Virus record (IMG/VR): IMGVR_UViG_3300037502_002629 | Length of the DNA: 64,000 nucleotides | Direction: 5' to 3' (one strand) | From: an uncultured virus (IMG/VR IMGVR_UViG_3300037502_002629) | Lineage: Duplodnaviria; Heunggongvirae; Uroviricota; Caudoviricetes | Shown here: positions 58,298-64,000 of the stretch, piece after piece | Layout of the letters: the number at the start of each line of letters is the position of its first letter | Position numbering within the stretch: position 1 is the stretch's first letter | Translations under genes and position numbers: made by a program | Notes under the pieces: model-generated | What the model saw: only the letters and a program-made list of their open reading frames with translations | Databases searched by the model: none | Told to the model about the DNA's origin: nothing

Positions 58298-58321
58298 TTT
58301 CGTTTAATTTACCGCACCAGC

Positions 58322-58424
58322 CGCTAACAGCGGTTTGGTGCTATTATTTTGCCTATAAATTTTATCTAAGGCTTGAAGTATCTGCAAGGCAAAATAACAG
58401 ACACCAAGCCACCAAACGTTATGT
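58322..58424. repeat. attC-like site C
   Basis: CGCTAAC...GTTATGT ends. Arms GCGGTTTGGTGCTATTATTTTGCCT / AGGCAAAATAACAGACACCAAGCCAC have one extrahelical base. Confidence 0.82.
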
Positions 58425-58730
58425 GCAAGGCTGCGGGACGTTTTCAATATAAGTTTCCAGTTTTATAAACCTATACCCTTTTTGAAAGCTAAACATTGTA
58501 TGTCCGCAAGTTTTATGATGCAATCCAAATAACATAGTATCAAATGTTTTATTTGTGAGTGAAGTTATAAATGTTTCAACTGAAAAAGGAAATGTTATTT
58601 TCTTTTTTGCTATACCTAAAACACTTCCGCAACATCCGCAATAAAACTTGCTGCCTTTTAGAATATCGTTACCATCTGATTTCTCAACAATGATTGTATC
58701 TCTCATTTTATCAATTAGAACTTTTTCCAT
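58419..58730 (-). CDS. Cys-rich hypothetical protein (cassette 4)
   Basis: YCGCCG...HKTCGH. The stop TAA lies in the ACATAAC box of site C. Confidence 0.7.
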   Translation of the reverse strand: MEKVLIDKMRDTIIVEKSDGNDILKGSKFYCGCCGSVLGIAKKKITFPFSVETFITSLTNKTFDTMLFGLHHKTCGHTMFSFQKGYRFIKLETYIENVPQPCT

Positions 58731-58759
58731 TGCGTTTACAAATTAAATTTAGTGCTGAA

Positions 58760-58785
58760 CACATCACCCCACCGTGAAGTAGACT
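58760..58785. repeat. 26-bp exact direct repeat, copy 1 (copy 2 at 61077-61102)
   Basis: CACATCACCCCACCGTGAAGTAGACT at both positions. Confidence 0.9.
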
Positions 58786-59052
58786 CCATCTCGGCTTGTT
58801 TGCTTGGTTACGTTGCGATTCATAAACTTGAAGGTCTCGACAATCCACTGCATTATGGTCCGGTGCATCGTCTTCTGATGCTCTTGGAATGCTGTCCTGA
58901 TCTGATCGACAATATCAGTGAGCTTGTATTCGACTCCGATGATGATGAATTCCTTGATCCACAGCATGACTTCTTCCGGGACTGTGTTGATGAGCTTCTT
59001 GTAGCGGAGGGTGTTTGTTGTTTCATATTGGGAAGCGGAGAGTTATAGGTAA

Positions 59053-59226
59053 TTAAAAAATTGACTTCAATCGTTTCCACCACGATTTCCATCTAAACCT
59101 AATTATTGTATCACATATCATACATTTATCCATTGTGTAATGCTCCGTATTTGTGTAAACGATATGACGGAAATCATTGCAGTCGTGCTTTACATAAGTT
59201 ACTGCTTTATCTTGTTCTTTATTCAT
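59053..59226 (-). CDS. Small Cys/His protein (cassette 5)
   Basis: MNKEQDKAV...CMICD...WWKRLKSIF. Bounded by GTTATAGGTATG and ATTACCTATAAC. Confidence 0.65.
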   Translation of the reverse strand: MNKEQDKAVTYVKHDCNDFRHIVYTNTEHYTMDKCMICDTIIRFRWKSWWKRLKSIF

Positions 59227-59357
59227 AATCAATTTTTTAACATACCTATAACAAAGTGTATAAGTAATGTGGCTAAATAAGTTTATCTGTAAGTTGAAAG
59301 TATGTGCAAATATTGCGGTTAAGTGTCTATCCATTTTATCGGAATAGAAACATTCAC

Positions 59358-59558
59358 CTACTTTACCGTATTTGTGGTTGCATTTTGAAGAAGTTCAAGC
59401 CTTGATCGAATTAAATCTCGCATTTGCTTTGCTCCTTGAATCCTGTCGTTTCGTATTTTACGATACCTTCCATCAGTGTGGGAATAATGTTCAGTTGTGA
59501 ATATCTCTTTTATTTCCTCATCAGTAGGAAACAAAAGTGCTAATTTTAATATATCCAT
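59358..59558 (-). CDS. Hypothetical protein
   Basis: ORF track. PTDEEI...QGAKQMRD. Confidence 0.6.
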   Translation of the reverse strand: MDILKLALLFPTDEEIKEIFTTEHYSHTDGRYRKIRNDRIQGAKQMRDLIRSRLELLQNATTNTVK

Positions 59559-59645
59559 ATTCCTGTTTTATATAGATAATCGTATGTGAATGTCCATGTA
59601 CAATGTGTCATATTGTTATTTGAGTTGCATGGTTAGTGGTTGGTG

Positions 59646-60026
59646 TTATTTATGGCTATCTGAATCGCAGTTATCACCTCCGCATATTCTGCATAATCCT
59701 TTTTCGGATGAAGATAATTCAGTCAATCTTTCTGCTTTTAATGCACGGTCACGCCAATCATTAATTTGATCTAATGCACTTGCCGCATCTTCAAACCTAA
59801 ACCTTTTTTCTGTTGCAAGTTGTTGTTTCAGCCTTTTCATCTCCTCCTCCATCTCCAACAACGCCTTCCGCATCTCAGGGGCAAGGGGGAAGAGTTCGCA
59901 ATCATCTCCATTACTAACATCAGCAATGTGTATTTGTCCACTGTATATTGATCCGTATTGAGTATTATCCCACTCCCCCTCAGTCGGATTGAGTGCTTTG
60001 AGTTTTTCGATTAGGTCGGTGTTCAT
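59646..60026 (-). CDS. Hypothetical protein
   Basis: The likely start is MNTDLIEK at 60026, overlapping the upstream TGA. Confidence 0.65.
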   Translation of the reverse strand: MNTDLIEKLKALNPTEGEWDNTQYGSIYSGQIHIADVSNGDDCELFPLAPEMRKALLEMEEEMKRLKQQLATEKRFRFEDAASALDQINDWRDRALKAERLTELSSSEKGLCRICGGDNCDSDSHK

Positions 60027-60448
60027 GATATGATTTTCCCGTGTTTTATAACAAAATATAGTTTGTTTGGCTCTGCTCCCCATTGAGGGTTTCCTGTTCT
60101 GATTTCAATTCCTTTATGCTCTATCCTTAAAATCCGTTACGTATCCTTTGACTTTGGATAGCCTAAAGTCATTACATTGTAATCGAATTGAGCAAATGGA
60201 CTTCCAGCAAATTGCCTCCATTCAGCAAAATCGTATTTGCCTTTTACAAAATCTGACATTGCAGAAAAATATCCTCCATGTGGTGTATGGACTTTCTTTA
60301 GCAGTCTTTTAGCCCAATATTCATTTATCTCTCTGTAATCTTCGGTTTTTACGCCCGCTTTGGTCATTTCAAACCATTGTCTTTTAAGAGATAGTCGCAA
60401 GTTTGTAATGGTAGGTCTGTTCATTGTTTTTTCGATTAGGTATGTCAT
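60023..60448 (-). pseudogene. ASCH/PUA-like gene interrupted by an in-frame TAA at 60137-60139
   Basis: LSLKRQWFEMTKAGVKTEDYRE...LGYPKSKDT*RILRIEHKGIEIRTGNPQWGAEPNKLYFVIKHGKIIS. The frame continues 37 codons to a TGA that overlaps the next ATG. Confidence 0.75.
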
Positions 60449-60624
60449 GATTTTTGAAAGTCTTTACAAGTGTTTTTATGAGATACTGATTGTTTATGCT
60501 TCGTGCAATAGTGTTTAATCCAAACCTTCTGCCCCCAATCACCTGCGGTCTTGCTGGTTGCTATCTTGCAGAATTTGCACTTAGTGCAATTCTCTGTTTT
60601 CATGTCGTGGATTTGGTCGGTCAT
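60445..60624 (-). CDS. Small Cys-rich protein
   Basis: CTKCKFC...YCTKH...TCKDF; start uncertain. Confidence 0.55.
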   Translation of the reverse strand: MTDQIHDMKTENCTKCKFCKIATSKTAGDWGQKVWIKHYCTKHKQSVSHKNTCKDFQKS

Positions 60625-60628
60625 GGGG

Positions 60629-61003
60629 TTAGGGGTTAGATATACTTGATCCGCCACAAGGAAATATTGTTTTCTTGCCTGCCCAGAAATCTATAATCTT
60701 TAAAAATATTTCTGTCCTGCTGTTTCCATAGAAGACAAACTCTCGCATTCTTGCTTCGATAGCGTGTTTATGTTTTACCTGAAACCAATTACCATTAACA
60801 TCCTCAAAACTCTCAACGTGTTCTATTGGCTCCTCTTTTGCATAGTGCCAACGTATTTTGTTTTTACCTGACAGCATTCTTGCTATTGCCTCAAGATGAT
60901 ATTCTGTTTTTTCTTTGATTGCTTCGTCAATCATTAATCTTGCTTCGTACTCTTTTTCATGCTCAGGCATAAAAGAGTTAATCATTCCTGTTAGACTTCT
61001 CAT
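60629..61003 (-). CDS. Hypothetical protein
   Basis: ORF track. Confidence 0.6.
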   Translation of the reverse strand: MRSLTGMINSFMPEHEKEYEARLMIDEAIKEKTEYHLEAIARMLSGKNKIRWHYAKEEPIEHVESFEDVNGNWFQVKHKHAIEARMREFVFYGNSRTEIFLKIIDFWAGKKTIFPCGGSSISNP

Positions 61004-61115
61004 ATTTCCTTTTTTCTCTCACACCGTCATCGCCCGGTGTTGTGGCGGTTGTATTATCGGGAAGCGGGGCGTTACGCACATCACCCCACCGTGAAGTAGA
61101 CTGCTGTTTGTTGTG

Positions 61116-61203
61116 TAGTCAGTGTGGGATTTGAACCCACATCTCCCATCTGCGATGGGGCGTTACCCTAGACAGTATTCATTCCTGTTTACGCCAACCG
61201 ACT
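61116..61203 (-). ncRNA. tRNA-like cloverleaf with abnormal loops
   Basis: Acceptor AGTCGGT/ACTGACT. D-stem GCGT/ACGC with a 27-nt loop. Anticodon stem CCCAT/ATGGG with a 5-nt loop CGCAG. T-arm GTGGG-TTCAAAT-CCCAC. Confidence 0.7.
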
Positions 61204-61340
61204 GCCTTTATTCTCCTGAAAATCTTTCTGTGTGTGTATTTCTGATTTGCTTTGCTTTTTTAGCAATATCAGGTCTTGTAGGATCTGACAGCTGCGGGTT
61301 ACACGCCCACATTGTACTTATTATGCAAATGATAACAGTT

Positions 61341-61769
61341 TTAATTACCTTTTCCATATTTCCAATGATAATGTACAACAACAGCCGATAAAACACCTGC
61401 TATAGCAGTAGCAACCCACCAGTTTCTACCTTTGCGAATAGATGCATATTGTTTATTGCAACTCACTAATAAATTAGTGTTTTCAATAGATAAGCTATCA
61501 TTATAGTTTTGCAATCGTAACAGTTCTCCCCGCAGACTTGCAATATTTCTATCTTTTGCATCTAGAGATTCAGTTTGATTCTTAAGATCGGCGCGTAAAG
61601 TAATCACTTCAGTTCTTACAATATCGCACCTTTCTAAATCCTCAAGCATAAACTGCATAAGATACTTAGGTGTGTAAATTAAGGAGTCTTTACTCTTGCT
61701 TATATCGTTTTGTGAGTACGTCAATGAAGTATTCAGAACTACTATGAGAAACAGGAATAACTTTTTCAT
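61341..61769 (-). CDS. Exported coiled-coil protein with C-terminal TM
   Basis: Signal peptide, coiled coil and WWVATAIAGVLSAVVV. Confidence 0.7.
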   Translation of the reverse strand: MKKLFLFLIVVLNTSLTYSQNDISKSKDSLIYTPKYLMQFMLEDLERCDIVRTEVITLRADLKNQTESLDAKDRNIASLRGELLRLQNYNDSLSIENTNLLVSCNKQYASIRKGRNWWVATAIAGVLSAVVVHYHWKYGKGN

Positions 61770-62034
61770 TTTTCTTTATGATTTTAGTTATGATTATTGG
61801 TTTGTTTTTGATTGAGGCATTTTCAGATTGTAATAGTTTAACAGTATCGTTTAACTGATCTATTAAATTTTCCATTAGCGCAATTTCTTCATTCTGCTCG
61901 TCATAATCAAGTTTTAACTTACTTAACTCATAATTCATGTTTTTTAACACATTTGCCGAGTCACGCTGCTGAGTGTAAGAATAAATCAATCCTGCTAATA
62001 ATACCGCAATTATGCTGTACAATACTTTATTCAT
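61690..62034 (-). CDS. N-terminal TM coiled-coil protein
   Basis: MNKVLYSIIAVLLAGLIYSY followed by heptads; overlaps the next gene. Confidence 0.7.
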   Translation of the reverse strand: MNKVLYSIIAVLLAGLIYSYTQQRDSANVLKNMNYELSKLKLDYDEQNEEIALMENLIDQLNDTVKLLQSENASIKNKPIIITKIIKKNEKVIPVSHSSSEYFIDVLTKRYKQE

Positions 62035-62329
62035 GTAGTTGATGTTTTTTATAACTTATAATTTGTTCGATAAATGAGCGTAATAGAAAGCGATCAGTAA
62101 ATTCAAAATCAGGTGTCTCAAAAAGCTGTACTTTCCATTCGTCATTTGTTACTTTTTCTGAATCCATGCTAATCAGACAAAAATCGCTATTCATGTCTGA
62201 TAATGCATATTCATAGTAATAATAACCAGTGGCATCTCCAGATTCCTCTGGAGACACCACGATTTTTGTAAAGCCTAAACGCTCTAAGTCCATTTCATTA
62301 ATTCTCATAATATCCTGAACCCTCCGCAT
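62027..62329 (-). CDS. Hypothetical protein
   Basis: ORF track. Confidence 0.65.
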   Translation of the reverse strand: MRRVQDIMRINEMDLERLGFTKIVVSPEESGDATGYYYYEYALSDMNSDFCLISMDSEKVTNDEWKVQLFETPDFEFTDRFLLRSFIEQIISYKKHQLHE

Positions 62330-62895
62330 TCACGTAAAAAGTTAATGAAGTCTTTAACATCATCGACCCTACAATTGTGAGATGTTCTGTATGTAAAGCC
62401 ATCCACTTCAAATTCGCCACCGTTTATGAAAAGTTTTGGACCCAGATACAATTCAAGTTTTGTTTCCTTTTCATCTGATACAGTTACATTACTGATACTA
62501 CCTTTTTCATCAACTACCTTTTGAAAATACCATCCTGTGTTCAAACCTATGATATTCCAATCCTTGAAATTTTCATTGATGTATGTTTCCAAATGGTTAG
62601 CCAGAATATCACATTCCTCCTGCGTCTCTAACCCAGCGCCTGAATTTGTATGAATGTTTGTGATAAAACCTTCAGCAAAACCCAATTTATATTTTGTATT
62701 ACAAGCCAGTGTGATTTCTGCAATTGGTCGCCAGCACCATACATTCGCTCTGAAATAATAACCAGGGTTTTCCTTTTCAAACTGATTTATTTGCTCAATA
62801 TAATCATGTTTTTCCTGTTCAGTGCTTTGTTCCCAGTTGATTTCAGGTTTTTCACTTTTTAGTGTGGGATTTAAACCATAAATATCCATTCCCAT
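62305..62895 (-). CDS. Hypothetical protein
   Basis: MGMDIYG...YFRANVWCWRP...FINFLRECGGFRI. Confidence 0.7.
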   Translation of the reverse strand: MGMDIYGLNPTLKSEKPEINWEQSTEQEKHDYIEQINQFEKENPGYYFRANVWCWRPIAEITLACNTKYKLGFAEGFITNIHTNSGAGLETQEECDILANHLETYINENFKDWNIIGLNTGWYFQKVVDEKGSISNVTVSDEKETKLELYLGPKLFINGGEFEVDGFTYRTSHNCRVDDVKDFINFLRECGGFRIL

Positions 62896-63278
62896 TATTT
62901 ACCAAATTGATCTTTTAATTTCTTTAGTAATTCTTTTATGTTCTGACCTTCTGATGAAGTATTAAGATAATCCATGAATTGTGGGTCGTCTATTCCTGAA
63001 AATCCCATTTTTTGAATTAACTCATCTACTTTAGAGGAAAGATTTGCAACCTTGTCCAAACCACTCATTATACCATCCATTTGCTCATCAATCATATGTT
63101 GAATGATATGTAAGCCAGCAATAGACGCACTTGGACTAGCCATAACTTTACAGCTTTGAGCTGTTGGATATCCGTTTTTGTCAAATTCAACTGCAAGTAA
63201 TACAATTTGCGTATCTGAATCCTTCATGTTTTCAGATAAAGCTTCAAATATTGATTTTAGCACTGATTCTTTACTCAT
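62895..63278 (-). CDS. Hypothetical protein
   Basis: ORF track. Confidence 0.65.
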   Translation of the reverse strand: MSKESVLKSIFEALSENMKDSDTQIVLLAVEFDKNGYPTAQSCKVMASPSASIAGLHIIQHMIDEQMDGIMSGLDKVANLSSKVDELIQKMGFSGIDDPQFMDYLNTSSEGQNIKELLKKLKDQFGK

Positions 63279-63571
63279 TGTTCTAAGTTTGTTTTGATTT
63301 GTGGTTCTGCTTCTTCTATTAGTTCAACTATTGGACTAAGTTTGTCAACTATGCTTTTTATAGTCTGATAGTAGTGGCTGCTTTTTACGGCAGCCACTTC
63401 CTGATCAGATATTTCAATTAAAAATATACTCTTGGCCTGCATCCCTTCAGCTTCAATATCATGCTGCTCAGTACGATAGCCTTTGTTTAACGTATTAGTT
63501 AGTTCATCAAAGTGCTTCTTAAACTGATAATACACACAACTGATTTCACTGTTATTTAGATTTTCGATCAT
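63275..63571 (-). CDS. Hypothetical protein
   Basis: ORF track. Confidence 0.65.
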   Translation of the reverse strand: MIENLNNSEISCVYYQFKKHFDELTNTLNKGYRTEQHDIEAEGMQAKSIFLIEISDQEVAAVKSSHYYQTIKSIVDKLSPIVELIEEAEPQIKTNLEQ

Positions 63572-63927
63572 AATTTTATAGTTTCTTCATTTAAACAATA
63601 GAAGTTTAAAGGTAACAATTTATTATTAATCCAAGCATTTACGATATCAGAAGTAGTTATTTTCAATTCACGGAGTGTAGGCATTTCAGCGTACTTACCA
63701 TCTTTACGATAATCCAGTTCCACATGGGGGAAAATCACCGCAAGAAGTTTATTGTATGCTCCATAATACTTTGTGTATTTGAGTTCATTCACTACGTCAG
63801 TGGCGCGGATGTGTTCGTTTTTGATCTTAAAGAGAGTGGGTTGATCTAAAGAAGAAATTTCTTCAGAAGTAAAACTTGCTAATCCATACATTAAACGTCG
63901 ATACATGTTACGTTGAATTTCATTCAT
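63568..63927 (-). CDS. Hypothetical protein
   Basis: ORF track. Confidence 0.65.
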   Translation of the reverse strand: MNEIQRNMYRRLMYGLASFTSEEISSLDQPTLFKIKNEHIRATDVVNELKYTKYYGAYNKLLAVIFPHVELDYRKDGKYAEMPTLRELKITTSDIVNAWINNKLLPLNFYCLNEETIKL

Positions 63928-64000
63928 TTGAAAATAACGTTTTGTGTTGCTCGAGTTATGAACTTCTTCCTTATTGTAAGGTATGAAGTTTGATTTACCG

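Noticed and set aside
57152..58424. CRISPR array or simple terminators as explanation for the hairpins
   Set aside because: The units are not identical repeats, are over 100 bp, are separated by whole genes and lack U-tracts.
58752..59092. Three overlapping ORFs in a GC-richer patch
   Set aside because: I cannot tell which, if any, is real; no motifs were recognised.
60046..60142. Possible additional attC-like site (TTATAAC...GTTACGT)
   Set aside because: There are no complementary inner arms, and the stretch is the coding continuation of the ASCH-like gene.
61122..61391. + strand 89-aa ORF
   Set aside because: It is antisense to the tRNA-like element and to minus-strand genes.
1..64000. 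Stop-codon reassignment (TAG/TGA), known in some crAss-like phages
   Set aside because: Giant ORFs and conserved enzymes are intact in the standard code, and TAG, TGA and TAA all end genes. The single internal TAA at 60137 is isolated.

Overview
This is a 64-kb fragment of a large AT-rich tailed phage. It is most consistent with a crAss-like (Crassvirales-type) phage of a Bacteroidetes host and uses the standard genetic code. Family assignments come from recalled motifs; no searches were run. Positions 1-24.6 kb (+) hold three giant putative ejected/cargo proteins. One is a 4794-aa virion RNA polymerase (DFDID motif) that also carries a zincin motif, a repeat-delimited block of Macro-like, SLOG-like and NADAR-like modules, and a C-terminal SF1B helicase. 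Positions 24.6-35.3 kb hold small Lys-rich proteins, two HNH endonucleases, beta-helix spike proteins, lysis candidates and a phage tmRNA. Positions 35.3-54.6 kb (-) hold replication and nucleotide genes (PolB, primase, DnaB, UDG, Sak4-like ATPase, SF2 helicase) and a MoxR AAA/VWA pair whose ATPase is split by a group I intron encoding a GIY-YIG endonuclease. Positions 54.6-64 kb (-) hold many small accessory genes. The main observations are: (1) an integrase-less array of integron-like gene cassettes with attC-like hairpins and matched cassette ends at 56.7-59.3 kb; (2) two HNH endonucleases that captured the first 8-9 codons of a small gene and carry a recoded replacement N-terminus; (3) TTQPSTQ-repeat-bounded nucleotide/ADP-ribose-type modules inside the virion RNAP; (4) a tmRNA with an atypical tag and an aberrant tRNA-like cloverleaf.
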